Shown piece by piece: positions 49,366 through 59,019 of a stretch of 64,000 bases of DNA (its first letter is position 1; the number at the start of each line of letters is the position of its first letter). Source of the stretch: Candidatus Parcubacteria bacterium (lineage in GTDB: Bacteria > Patescibacteriota > Patescibacteriia > UBA1558 > GWA2-36-10); contig JABHSK010000002.1 of assembly GCA_018669975.1 (NCBI GenBank), positions 5,535 to 69,534 of the forward strand, in the 5' to 3' direction. The notes below the pieces were generated by a model, which ran no database searches, had not been told where the DNA came from, and worked only from the letters and a program-made list of their open reading frames with translations. Position numbers and translations under genes: made by a program.

Positions 49366-49735
49366 AAATAAAAAGGCACACTTCCGTTGCCCGCATGGTA
49401 AATTTATGGCTGGTTAGTGTGCCTCTGGTATCGGCACAGAAACTTTAATTCAATTAAAGGTACTTTTTGTAAGTGAAAATTGATGTTTAAGATCTTCTAT
49501 GCTGATATTTAATTACTCGTCCCTGACTCAGAGTTATAGCCATTTTACCAATCTATAGATTGATCTCTTCACACTAGGTGAAAGGATAATCTTTTTTACT
49601 GTTTTTTTGTTTTTGTTTTGGAGAATAGTCAGGTTATTCCAAGGTTTGTATTTAGAACAGTAAAATGGAAAGAGTTGAGCACTAAAATCTTAATGCACAA
49701 TTCCTTAAAGTTTTAATGAGCTTCTTATCAACATA
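49366..49735 (-). ncRNA. Candidate structured RNA of about 365 nt, unknown class
   Basis: Consensus promoter TTGACA-17-(TGa)TATACT at 49767-49739; several helices; terminator-like end; no ORF of 60 aa or more. Confidence 0.45.
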
Positions 49736-49858
49736 CTAAGTATATCATAGATAGACCTTTATGTCAACGTGATATTTAAGCTAATATTAGATAAAAAACG
49801 ACCCTATAGAAGAATCATTTGACAAAACAAGTAAAAATAATCAGAAGATACCAACAAG

Positions 49859-49879
49859 TTATCCACAGTGTGTATATAA
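49859..49879. promoter_or_regulatory. DnaA box plus a degenerate inverted box
   Basis: TTATCCACA at 49859-49867 followed by TGTATATAA (2 mismatches). Confidence 0.35.
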
Positions 49880-49884
49880 CTATC

Positions 49885-51234
49885 TTAAAAACACAACTGC
49901 AATCCCTCAACTGTAGAATTTTGGTAGGAAAATATATCTAGTGTACCTATATTCTTAGTTTCTAAGTAATCCCGCAAGCTGCTAGCTGGCACCTGATCAA
50001 CCTCTAGGCTTATAAAATCACCTATCTCATAGCTAGAGTCTGACAAACAATCCCCAAAAACTGAGCTAAGTGGCCTATTATTGTTAATTATCCCCTCCAA
50101 CAAGAAAGCCTCATTACTTAAATAATACATATTATCAAGGCTAATACCGTATAAGCCGTCAATTTGCCAGTATTTTAACTGGGAAAATTCATGCTCTAGC
50201 ACTGGTTGTTCTTCACCAGCTAATAATTCTATATAAGTGGTGCCATCTGGTAATAGCTTGGAAACCTCTTGTAGCTCAAAATCATGGGCTAAATCTATAG
50301 CCAAACCCTGCCAATCATCCTTACCTACTAACAACCAGCCAGCTCCATCTTGAATTAAAATACTATCTGATAAAATATAGTTGTTTATCTCCTCTTGGTT
50401 TAGATTGTAATATGGCAATGCATTATAAAGTTGTAAAATAATGTCTCTACTAATAAAATTGGTTGCAAACTCTGTTGAACTAGCTTGAAAACCAGCCATT
50501 AAGTCAAAATCTGCTAGTAATCTAGCCCCTGACAAAGGATGTGGCTTGTGAGAACCACCCTCTAGCCTAGTTTGATATAGATTCAACCTAACATGCCCCT
50601 TTGTTGTCTGTAAATTAATAAAAATATCCCTAGCTAGTAACTGTTCTGGTAACAAATTATCCCAACTGGACAAAAATTCTGGCTTTGACCCTGGAAACCA
50701 GTATATATTTAGACCTTGATCGATATAATTAACTGTAAAGCGTTTAACTATTAACTCTGGTAGACTCTGTCCAAGTGCATCTGACTCTGAAATTAACAAA
50801 ATGTCCCGACTGGGTTGGAAATAAAAATAATCCGGATTAGAATTTTGCAAACTATCCAAAAATTTACCTGGTAAACTAGAAAATCTCACCAAATAATGAT
50901 TAACATCCTGCGCAGACTCTGTCCGAAACCAAATTACCTCCTTTAGATTGGAGAAATCTTTCCCTAATATACCCTGCAGGGTCTCTAGATGCTCCTGTGG
51001 TACACTAGTATCGAAAAACCTAGTATTATCAGCCTCATTTTGTAATAAAACCTTTTGATTAGTCCACTGAAAATAGAAAGTAGTGTCCTGGGGAAGAAAA
51101 TCACGCGCATAAACATTAGATTGTGGCGCTAAAAATCTCACCAAAAACAACAAGATAGCCAAAACTAGCAGAGCTATGACTATCTTGAAATCAAACTTCT
51201 TTTCTTTCTTTTTAACAAGCTTAAGAAAGTTCAC
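49885..51234 (-). CDS. Hypothetical membrane-anchored protein
   Basis: 449 aa, N-terminal TM helix; directly follows pnp. Confidence 0.75.
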   Translation of the reverse strand: MNFLKLVKKKEKKFDFKIVIALLVLAILLFLVRFLAPQSNVYARDFLPQDTTFYFQWTNQKVLLQNEADNTRFFDTSVPQEHLETLQGILGKDFSNLKEVIWFRTESAQDVNHYLVRFSSLPGKFLDSLQNSNPDYFYFQPSRDILLISESDALGQSLPELIVKRFTVNYIDQGLNIYWFPGSKPEFLSSWDNLLPEQLLARDIFINLQTTKGHVRLNLYQTRLEGGSHKPHPLSGARLLADFDLMAGFQASSTEFATNFISRDIILQLYNALPYYNLNQEEINNYILSDSILIQDGAGWLLVGKDDWQGLAIDLAHDFELQEVSKLLPDGTTYIELLAGEEQPVLEHEFSQLKYWQIDGLYGISLDNMYYLSNEAFLLEGIINNNRPLSSVFGDCLSDSSYEIGDFISLEVDQVPASSLRDYLETKNIGTLDIFSYQNSTVEGLQLCF

Positions 51235-51243
51235 TGTTGTAAT

Positions 51244-53463
51244 TTATTTAGAATCTTTTTTAAAAAATCTAGGTTTTCCTGGCGCTGGACGTCCTTTGTC
51301 TTCACGTCCTTTGTCAGAAAAAGCAGGTTTCGGCAACAATTCTTTCATGGACAAGCTAACACGATTTCTTTCCTTGTCTACTTCCATAACCTTAACCTTA
51401 ACCATATCGCCAACATTAAGAACATCGCTAACTTTTTCAATTCTTTTGTGAGCAATCTGAGAAATGTGAACCATACCATCTTTACCTGGTATTAATTCTA
51501 CGATAGCACCTAATTCAGAACCATTGTCACGTCCCTTGATGATATTTAAAACTTTACCTTCATATATTTCACCAACCTCGATATCCTTGACGATGTTTTC
51601 AATCCATTTTTTAGCTTTAGCTGAACCCTCGCCATCAGTTGAGGTAATCATGACTACACCATCCTGTTCAATATCAATATTTACATTACAGGCAGCGATA
51701 ATTTCGTTAATAATCTTACCACCTGGCCCAATAACGTCTCTAATTTTATCTGGATCAATATTCATGGAAGTGATACGTGGTGCATACGGAGACATCTCGG
51801 AGCGTGGCTCAGCAATAGTCTTCTTCATAACATCCAGAATCTTAACTCTAGCATCTTTAGCTTTATCCAAAGTCTCTTTAACTACATCGTAAGATATGCC
51901 ATCTAATTTTATATCCAATTGAATGGCTGTGATACCATCTCTAGTACCAGCTATTTTGAAATCCATATGACCCGCATGATCTTCAATGCCTTGAATGTCA
52001 GTCAAAATCTCATAATTACTTGCATTGTCATCATCAACTACCAATCCCATAGCTATTCCAGCTACTGGCGCCTTAATTGGCACACCAGCGTCCATTAAAG
52101 ATAGTGTAGAGCCACAAATTGAAGCCTGTGAAGATGAGCCATTTGAACCCATAACCTCAGAAACTACACGAACAGTGTATGGAAAATCTTCATTTTTTGG
52201 TAAAACAGCTATTAAAGCTTTTTCAGCCAAAGCGCCATGACCAATATCACGCCTACTTGGACCTCTGAGTGGTTTTACTTCACCAACACAGTATCCTGGA
52301 AAGTTATAATGGTGCATATATTTTTTAGTACCATCTTCTTCCATAGTATCTAATGTTTGCTCATCACCAGGAGAACCTAAAGTCACTACAGACAAAACTT
52401 GTGTTTCACCACGAGAAAATAGACCACTACCATGGGTACGTGGCAATAGAGACACGTCGGCCTCCAAATTTCTTATTTCATCAAGCTTCCTATTGTCAGG
52501 ACGCTTCTTTTTATCTAATACCAAACCCTTAAAGGCTTTAACTAGGGCATCATCTATCATAGACACTCCCATAGATCTCATATCTTTAGATACTTCACTG
52601 TCTTCTTTTAAAACTTCGTTAACTTTATCAGTCAAATCATTAATAGCCTGTTTCATTTTTGATTTATCTGGATTAAAGCAGCTAACTACGTCATTCTTAG
52701 CTAAAACTTCATTTACTTTAGTTATAACCTTAGAGCGCACTTCTTCTTTGTCTTTATCCACTTCTGTTACTATTTTTTCTTGGCCTTCTTTCTTTACGAT
52801 ATCCTCAACAAAAGGCATAATCTTTTTAATATGCTTACCAGCAAATTCAATTGCTTCATACATATCATTTTCTTTGACCTCTTGAGCTCCAGCCTCAATC
52901 ATAATAACTTGATCAGCTGAACCGGCAACAAATAAATCTAGGTCGCTCTTCTGCTTAGCTTCAACACTTGGATTTAAAACCCATTCATTGTCAACTCTAC
53001 CTAAATTAACACCGGCCAAAGGACCTCTCCAGGGTATTTTAGAAATACCCAAAGATATAGAGGTAGCCATCATGGCAGGAAAAGTTGGATCATTGATACC
53101 ATCATATGATAAAACAGTGACCACAACTTGCACATCATTACGTTCTGACTCTTTAAATAAAGGTCTAATAGAACGATCAATCATACGAGCTGTTAACATA
53201 GCCTCATCTGTAGCCCTACCCTCACGTTTAATAAAACGTGAACCTTTAATTTTTCCAGCTGCGTAAAGCTTTTCTTCATAATCAACCATTAGTGGGAAAT
53301 AATCTATCCCCTCACGTGGTTGGCTAGCTGTTGTAGCTGTTGCTAATACGACTGTTTCGCCATAACTAACAGTACAAGCTCCATGAGCCTGCTTAGCTAA
53401 TCGCCCGATCTCAACTTTAAGTTCTTTTCCGGCGACTTCTGTAGAAAATTGTTTAACTGACAT
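51244..53463 (-). CDS. pnp: Polyribonucleotide nucleotidyltransferase
   Basis: FPLMVDYEEK, LPRTHGSGLFSRGETQ, HHYNFP, SNGSSSQAS, MDFKIAG, KH and S1 domains. Confidence 0.98.
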   Translation of the reverse strand: MSVKQFSTEVAGKELKVEIGRLAKQAHGACTVSYGETVVLATATTASQPREGIDYFPLMVDYEEKLYAAGKIKGSRFIKREGRATDEAMLTARMIDRSIRPLFKESERNDVQVVVTVLSYDGINDPTFPAMMATSISLGISKIPWRGPLAGVNLGRVDNEWVLNPSVEAKQKSDLDLFVAGSADQVIMIEAGAQEVKENDMYEAIEFAGKHIKKIMPFVEDIVKKEGQEKIVTEVDKDKEEVRSKVITKVNEVLAKNDVVSCFNPDKSKMKQAINDLTDKVNEVLKEDSEVSKDMRSMGVSMIDDALVKAFKGLVLDKKKRPDNRKLDEIRNLEADVSLLPRTHGSGLFSRGETQVLSVVTLGSPGDEQTLDTMEEDGTKKYMHHYNFPGYCVGEVKPLRGPSRRDIGHGALAEKALIAVLPKNEDFPYTVRVVSEVMGSNGSSSQASICGSTLSLMDAGVPIKAPVAGIAMGLVVDDDNASNYEILTDIQGIEDHAGHMDFKIAGTRDGITAIQLDIKLDGISYDVVKETLDKAKDARVKILDVMKKTIAEPRSEMSPYAPRITSMNIDPDKIRDVIGPGGKIINEIIAACNVNIDIEQDGVVMITSTDGEGSAKAKKWIENIVKDIEVGEIYEGKVLNIIKGRDNGSELGAIVELIPGKDGMVHISQIAHKRIEKVSDVLNVGDMVKVKVMEVDKERNRVSLSMKELLPKPAFSDKGREDKGRPAPGKPRFFKKDSK

Positions 53464-53493
53464 ATATCAGTTCCTTTCAAAACACTGATGTAG

Positions 53494-53551
53494 AGTTGAT
53501 ATGGCAAACTCCAAGATATTGAAATAATATCCTAAAACTTACCTACCAACT
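53494..53551 (-). promoter_or_regulatory. Long stem-loop in the pnp leader, candidate RNase III autoregulation site
   Basis: AGTTGGTA-GGTAAGTTTTAGGATATT pairs with AATATCTTGGAGTTTGCC-ATATCAACT. Confidence 0.55.
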
Positions 53552-53617
53552 TTCAAACAGTATTATTAATAATATTAAATTGTAAAACCCTGATCTAAAC
53601 AGAACAGGGTTTATATC

Positions 53618-53974
53618 TTACTTTTTTACTTCTTCTTTTTTTTCTTCTTTATCCTCAGGTGTAGGAACGACAATTAAGCGCTCTTCTTCTTCAAGTCTAA
53701 CTTTTTTACTCATCTTTAATTTCAAAGCCTTTACTAACTTGATAAATCTCTTCTCGTCTTCCCTCTCTAAGTAACGTAGTAATCTGTGTCTGAGAGAAAC
53801 CTTAGCTAACAAACCACGACGTGAAGAAAAATCCTTCTTATTTTCACGCAAATGCTTAGTCAACTCTTTAATCTCTTCAGTTAAGATAGCAACCTGCACC
53901 TCAGCTGAACCAGTATCACTCTTATGAGTTTTAAATTTCTCAATAACTCGTTGTTTCTTTTTTTTGTCTAACAT
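53618..53974 (-). CDS. rpsO: 30S ribosomal protein S15 with C-terminal extension; start MLDKK
   Basis: HKSDTGSAEVQVAILT, HL..KKDFSSRRGLL; rpsO-pnp order. Confidence 0.96.
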   Translation of the reverse strand: MLDKKKKQRVIEKFKTHKSDTGSAEVQVAILTEEIKELTKHLRENKKDFSSRRGLLAKVSLRHRLLRYLEREDEKRFIKLVKALKLKMSKKVRLEEEERLIVVPTPEDKEEKKEEVKK

Positions 53975-53990
53975 AGTTTTTTCCCTTTTT

Positions 53991-54052
53991 CCTAAACCCG
54001 AGCTTAACCTCAAAGCTAGACTTTGTTGGTCAGGTTAAACCAAGAATTAGGT
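53991..54052 (-). promoter_or_regulatory. Structured rpsO leader, candidate S15 autoregulatory RNA
   Basis: CCTAA..TTGGTTTAACCT pairs with AGGTTAAGCTCGG..TTAGG, with a small inner GAC/GTC hairpin. Confidence 0.45.
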
Positions 54053-54117
54053 AAATTATTTTATTAAATACAGCATTACACTAACATTTTCAGCATAAAA
54101 AGTCAAGTATTGCTAAG

Positions 54118-55083
54118 TTATTCGTTCATTTCCCAAACTATACCATCATTTTGGTGATGAGTAGCCCAGGAAAACCACATTTCATAGTAACCAGGCACTT
54201 TTTGCCCATTGTTTATAACTACTATCTCATCTCCATCACGTTGAGCACTAACACTATAACCATTGAGATTGAGTGTCTCTACTCCATTTTCCTGTAAACC
54301 TTCTTGCGGAAAAGATATGTACTGATCATCCAAAGAAAAAGAATACATCACCTCTTTTGCTGAAAAACGATTATCTGACACTGAAACTGGAAAATACAAA
54401 TTATCTGAAGACTCATAATTATCATATGGATAAAAAGAATAATCCCGACTATGGCCTGTATCCTGACTAAGCACTAGAGCGTCATTGTGCTTTTGTTTTA
54501 ATTCAAGAAAAGATATCAATTGCATATCCAGGACTTGTAATTTACTACCCACATAATCCCCTACCACAGCCTCACCCCTAGCTTGTGACCACAAAGATTC
54601 TGTCTGCCTATCGTACATTAATAAATTTGATTCATATAAATATCCTGATACACCGAAATCTAATATCTGTCCACCAACATTTCTATCAATCACTATAGCT
54701 GAACCACATAAGGGACAAAAAGTAACCGCAAAATCATTATCTCCGATACTATCGTTTACTATCTCATGCCAAACCATAATATTGTAAGGATAATATCTTT
54801 TTTCACCATCCATATTTACCAGGACACCAAAAGCTTTATCTTTTAAACTTGCTCCCTCTATGCTAGTAAATTTTGGATTAGACAATGCTGGAATATCATC
54901 CTTGCCAGGACCACCAGATAATATCAAATCTATATCTATAGATGTTTTAGTGGTATCCGTGTCAAAGCCTGGTAATTTTTTACCAGCTATCTTATCAATC
55001 ACCTCTTCAGGACTATTGCTAAAAAATATAATTAAAGCAACCACTAAAAATATGCCTAATATCAAAAAATTTTTATTTCCCAT
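54118..55083 (-). CDS. DUF3179 domain protein (CxxC form)
   Basis: GGPGKDDIPAL, WHEIVND, TFCPLCGS, FGVSGYLYESNLLMYDRQTESLWSQ, WFSW..H. Confidence 0.88.
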   Translation of the reverse strand: MGNKNFLILGIFLVVALIIFFSNSPEEVIDKIAGKKLPGFDTDTTKTSIDIDLILSGGPGKDDIPALSNPKFTSIEGASLKDKAFGVLVNMDGEKRYYPYNIMVWHEIVNDSIGDNDFAVTFCPLCGSAIVIDRNVGGQILDFGVSGYLYESNLLMYDRQTESLWSQARGEAVVGDYVGSKLQVLDMQLISFLELKQKHNDALVLSQDTGHSRDYSFYPYDNYESSDNLYFPVSVSDNRFSAKEVMYSFSLDDQYISFPQEGLQENGVETLNLNGYSVSAQRDGDEIVVINNGQKVPGYYEMWFSWATHHQNDGIVWEMNE

Positions 55084-55100
55084 ATAATTTATATATTTTA

Positions 55101-56771
55101 TTAGCTACCAAAAGTGAAGGCGTATAATTCTACACCCTCTGGAACTATTAATTCCAATACACCGCCCTCAATAAATGAATCGTGGCGGACAATATCATAA
55201 AGTTTAAATTCATCAACAGCAATGGGGCTCAAAACATCTGTTTGCCTTTGCTCATCTATAAAAGCCCTCACTTCCTTGCTCTCTGAAGAGCCCATAACCA
55301 AAAATACATCCTTACCATTAAATTTTATCTGCAAACGTGATTGATCACTTTCAGAAATCAACCTTTTTTCTTCCATGCGCCACTGCCCATCTATTGTCCA
55401 TTGATTGTTAGACAACTTAGATGATTTCCTATAATTGTGACTACTATCCTTAACTAGTTCTTTATGATTATTAAAGTTGGCTAAACGCCAATAGCCCAAA
55501 TACGTCTCTGGACTTTGCATTATATTATAAGAGCCACCACTCACCTCTGAAATAGCTTCTTCTGGCATATCACCACCTTCAGCCAAAAGCTGTCTAATGA
55601 CTTCCTCACTTTCTTGATAGGCACCTTCACCAAAATGAGTGTGCCTTATATTTCCCTCTCTGTCTATAAAATATTTAGCAGGCCAATATCTATTTTGATA
55701 GGCAACCCATGTAGCAAAATCATTATCTAAAGCTATCGGATATTCTAATTCGAAATCTTCAACCGCCTTTTGAACATTGCTAAGCTTTTTTTCAAAAGCA
55801 AACTCCGGAGAGTGCATACCAATAATAACTAAGCCATCATCACTATACTTTTGATGCCAGTCCTTAATATAAGGCAAAGTACGAATACAATTAATACAAG
55901 AATATGTCCAAAAATCTATCAATACCACCTTACCTTTTAAATCCGCTATAGTCTCACCCTCTGAATTTATCCAAGCAGTGATACCTTTAAATTCTGGCGC
56001 TGGACCGCCGTCAATGTTTAATTCTTCCCGTTTCTCATCTAAATACTCTATTGCCCCTTCTATTACCTCTCCTTGCTCAAAACCCTGTAAAAAAGTGGTC
56101 CAGCTAGCTGGAGTAATATCTATAATATAAGTCTGCACTTTTCGATCATAGCCAGTAACAATACCTAAAGCAGCAATTATTACCAAAACACCAAAAATCT
56201 TGTGAATGGTTCCTAGGTGAGCATAAAGTTTTCTAACTCTTTCTAAAACTCTACGGCTACCCAGTATAATCAATAACATAACTACACCTGTGCCTAAAGC
56301 ATAAGATAAAACTACTAAGAATGAACCTACGCCAGCCTGAGCAGTAGCAGCTAAAGTAATGACTGCCGCTAATATTGGTCCGGCGCATGGAGCCCATACC
56401 AAACCTAGGGTGGCTCCTGTGGCTAACCCTCCACCAAATCCTGTTTTCTGCCCTGTGTTCAACTGAGGTATCTTAACCAGGCTATTAATTTTTTCCTGTA
56501 GTCTAGGGAGTATCAATGTTAAGCCTAATAGGGCTAAAATTGCCGCTGCAATATATCGTAAAGTGTCTAAATCAATACCTAATGATTGTACTAAGAATGT
56601 AGCAAAAACAGTAAAGGTGGCAAAGCTTAGTACAAAACCCACCACAATACCATAAGGTCGACGTTTACCGCCAACTGCACCTGAAAGCATAATTGGCAAG
56701 ATAGGCAAAATGCACGGAGATAGCACAGTAACTACGCCGGACAGAAAGCCCATTGTGATTAAAATTAGCAT
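55101..56771 (-). CDS. dipZ: DipZ-like CcdA/DsbD-thioredoxin fusion
   Basis: SPCILP and WAPCAGPIL TM motifs; DFWTYSCINCIRT; HSPEFAFEK; SPETYLG; YAFTFG. Confidence 0.92.
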   Translation of the reverse strand: MLILITMGFLSGVVTVLSPCILPILPIMLSGAVGGKRRPYGIVVGFVLSFATFTVFATFLVQSLGIDLDTLRYIAAAILALLGLTLILPRLQEKINSLVKIPQLNTGQKTGFGGGLATGATLGLVWAPCAGPILAAVITLAATAQAGVGSFLVVLSYALGTGVVMLLIILGSRRVLERVRKLYAHLGTIHKIFGVLVIIAALGIVTGYDRKVQTYIIDITPASWTTFLQGFEQGEVIEGAIEYLDEKREELNIDGGPAPEFKGITAWINSEGETIADLKGKVVLIDFWTYSCINCIRTLPYIKDWHQKYSDDGLVIIGMHSPEFAFEKKLSNVQKAVEDFELEYPIALDNDFATWVAYQNRYWPAKYFIDREGNIRHTHFGEGAYQESEEVIRQLLAEGGDMPEEAISEVSGGSYNIMQSPETYLGYWRLANFNNHKELVKDSSHNYRKSSKLSNNQWTIDGQWRMEEKRLISESDQSRLQIKFNGKDVFLVMGSSESKEVRAFIDEQRQTDVLSPIAVDEFKLYDIVRHDSFIEGGVLELIVPEGVELYAFTFGS

Positions 56772-56788
56772 AACTTTATTTTAATTTT

Positions 56789-57250
56789 TTATTTGAGCTT
56801 TTTGAGTATTGCGCTGAGATCATTACTACCAGCCCACTTGGCTAGCTCATTACCCTGAGAATCAACCTGCACTAGTGTGTGTTGGTAAGTGATGCTATAT
56901 TTTTTTTTGAGTTCTTTTTCTTTGTCATAATTAACCTTCAAAATCGTTAGGTCATTTGGGAAATCACCCAACTCATCCTTTAAGTTCTCGTCCAAAACTC
57001 GACAAGTTGGACACCAACTAGCATGAAAAAATAACACGACATCTCCGCTGTCAGCCTGGGCTAGCAAAGCTGGTTCATAATCTACATATTGATTATTATC
57101 AACCTCCATACTTTTAAAATCTTCCCCTTGTTTATCATCAGTCATCGTAAGTGAATTTTCTACATCCACATCCGACTTAGCTTGATTATAGCCATAGGCA
57201 ACAACACCTATGACAATTACTACGACAATAAAAATATATATGTTTTTCAT
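56789..57250 (-). CDS. Membrane-anchored thioredoxin
   Basis: FFHASWCPTCR; N-terminal TM helix. Confidence 0.9.
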   Translation of the reverse strand: MKNIYIFIVVVIVIGVVAYGYNQAKSDVDVENSLTMTDDKQGEDFKSMEVDNNQYVDYEPALLAQADSGDVVLFFHASWCPTCRVLDENLKDELGDFPNDLTILKVNYDKEKELKKKYSITYQHTLVQVDSQGNELAKWAGSNDLSAILKKLK

Positions 57251-57286
57251 AAATTTTTTATTAATAATTATTTTATTTTTTAAATT

Positions 57287-57517
57287 TTAAGCATCACGTC
57301 CTGTGCACGGTAGACAAAAAACTTTTTCTACTGGCGCCTCAAAAAAACTAGCCACCTTTAAAGCTGTACAAACTGAAGGGTCATAGTTACCCTTTTCTAT
57401 TGAAATAATAGTCTGGCGAGACACACCTACTGCTCGCGCCAATTCTTCCTGTGTCACGCTTTTTTTCTTCCTAAAGTCGTACACATGATTTAATACGCTA
57501 CCGTGTTTATGATTCAT
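57287..57517 (-). CDS. XRE-family HTH transcriptional regulator
   Basis: TQEELARAVGVSRQTIISIEKGNYDPS. Confidence 0.92.
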   Translation of the reverse strand: MNHKHGSVLNHVYDFRKKKSVTQEELARAVGVSRQTIISIEKGNYDPSVCTALKVASFFEAPVEKVFCLPCTGRDA

Positions 57518-57523
57518 GTTTAC

Positions 57524-57593
57524 ATTATAGAACCTGGAAAAACTTATGTCAAGTTAACTTTACATTAAAATATGTGTCGTTTTATGTTAAAAT
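57524..57593. promoter_or_regulatory. Divergent leaderless promoters with a 20-bp palindromic operator
   Basis: Minus strand TTGACA (57552-47)-17-TATAAT (57529-24), 6 nt before the ATG; plus strand TG-t-TAAAAT, 6 nt before ATG 57600; palindrome ATGTCAAGTT/AACTTTACAT at 57546-57565. Confidence 0.7.
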
Positions 57594-57599
57594 AAAGAC

Positions 57600-58382
57600 A
57601 TGGCTATAAATGACTACAAAAAATTCCTCCACTCTAGGCAGTTACATCCTAATACTGTCAAAAATTACCTTTGGCATCTTAATAAATTTTTTAGTTGGCT
57701 TAAAGATGAAAAAATAACTGAAACAAAATTAAAAGATTATCACCAATTCATGATAAGCAATCATCCAAGAATAAATACCATTAATCTTAGATTCATTATT
57801 TTAAACAACTATCTCAAATTTTTACAAAAAAGATTCCGCTTTGAATTATTATCACCAGAAGATACTAACTTGATTATACTGACAGATGATCAACTGCAAA
57901 CATTTTTGGACAAGCCACTAAAACATCAGGGCAACACCAATCTTCGAGACAAAGCTCTGTTGGAGTTATTGTATTCTACTGGAATAAAAGTTGGTCAAAT
58001 AGTTCAGCTTAAAAAACAATATATTGATGAAATAACTAAAGAATTGATATTACCTGATAAAAAACATATAGCCATTAAACCTCTAGCTTGGTTTCACTTA
58101 GATAAATATTTAAACACTCGTCATGATAATAGTCCCTGGCTGTTTATCAATCTAGATCGAGCTAAAAAAGCTGATGATAACAACCTGTCTGTTAGGTCAG
58201 TGGAAAGAATTATTGAGAGATATGCAAAACTAATGATTCCTATATTAAAAATTAATCCTCAGATACTTAGAAATACTCTAGCACATACACTAAAGTTGGA
58301 AGGCGCACAAAAAGAAAACATTAGAACTTCGCTACATTTCAAAACTAAGACTGGTGCTGATAATTATCTTAAAAAAATTTAA
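57600..58382 (+). CDS. Tyrosine recombinase (XerC/D-like) homolog with degenerate active site
   Basis: NTVKNY, LRDKALLELLYSTG, LFIN, LSVRSVERII; catalytic motifs altered. Confidence 0.8.
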   Translation: MAINDYKKFLHSRQLHPNTVKNYLWHLNKFFSWLKDEKITETKLKDYHQFMISNHPRINTINLRFIILNNYLKFLQKRFRFELLSPEDTNLIILTDDQLQTFLDKPLKHQGNTNLRDKALLELLYSTGIKVGQIVQLKKQYIDEITKELILPDKKHIAIKPLAWFHLDKYLNTRHDNSPWLFINLDRAKKADDNNLSVRSVERIIERYAKLMIPILKINPQILRNTLAHTLKLEGAQKENIRTSLHFKTKTGADNYLKKI

Positions 58383-58384
58383 AA

Positions 58385-58930
58385 TTATTTTTGTCTATTA
58401 TACAAACCAATTAACTCTGCTTTTTCTAAAATATGCCCTTCCATGGCCTGCTCAACCTCTAGTTTACTAGCTCCTTCATTTAGACTAATTTCCGTATCTA
58501 GAGCATAAAGTTTAAAAAAATATCGATGTTCACCATCAGGCGGACAAGGACCGTGGTAGTCTAAATTATCACTAGTTCCTTTGCCATGAATGCCGCTAGG
58601 CTCCTGCCCCTCTGGAATTATAGTAGTACTTGGTGGTATGTTCCAAACAATCCAATGATCCCAGACTTTACCAGCTGGCTTGATAGCATCTGGATCATCC
58701 ATTATCAGAACTAAGGATACAGCCTCAACTGGTACATCAAATATTTCTAGAGATGGATTAGTATCTTGAGCATCACAAGTATACTTTTTGTCCATAGATT
58801 GATTATGCTCAAAAGCAGTACTAGTTAGTTTCATAAAACCTTCTTGGTTATTTAATAAATCACTATCCACGACTTGTTGTGTACAGGCTGCAGATACAAA
58901 AGCTACTAAAATTATAACAAAAAGCCTCAT
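58385..58930 (-). CDS. YbhB/YbcL (PEBP/RKIP-like) lipoprotein
   Basis: MDDPDA, WDHW, YHGPCPP, HRYFFKLYALD; lipobox-like SAAC. Confidence 0.92.
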   Translation of the reverse strand: MRLFVIILVAFVSAACTQQVVDSDLLNNQEGFMKLTSTAFEHNQSMDKKYTCDAQDTNPSLEIFDVPVEAVSLVLIMDDPDAIKPAGKVWDHWIVWNIPPSTTIIPEGQEPSGIHGKGTSDNLDYHGPCPPDGEHRYFFKLYALDTEISLNEGASKLEVEQAMEGHILEKAELIGLYNRQK

Positions 58931-59019
58931 ATATGTTCATTATAACACAAATTTATTAATTTTCACTCGAGTTAAAATTATGCTATAATATATAAGTCTT
59001 AATAATTAACCGTTTAGAT

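Noticed and set aside
49366-49735. RNase P RNA or tmRNA in this gap (plus-strand GCACAGAAA and GGTGAAAGG look like RNase P fragments)
   Set aside because: No GAGGAAAGTCC or terminal P4 partner, no tRNA-like ends, and the promoter is on the minus strand.
49859-49879. DnaA boxes as a replication origin (single near-matches also at about 35860 and 63285)
   Set aside because: Only one perfect intergenic box, no cluster, no dnaA/dnaN nearby, and the plus strand looks C-rich on both sides by eye.
135-55087. Numerous antisense or overlapping ORFs in the track (e.g. 135..620, 20872..21399, 35992..36522, 36922..37482, 41401..41883, 52493..52885)
   Set aside because: They are shadows of well-supported genes on the opposite strand or frame and carry no recognisable motifs.
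57600-58382. Integrase marking a prophage or island
   Set aside because: Degenerate active site, no flanking direct repeats or adjacent tRNA, and ordinary neighbours.
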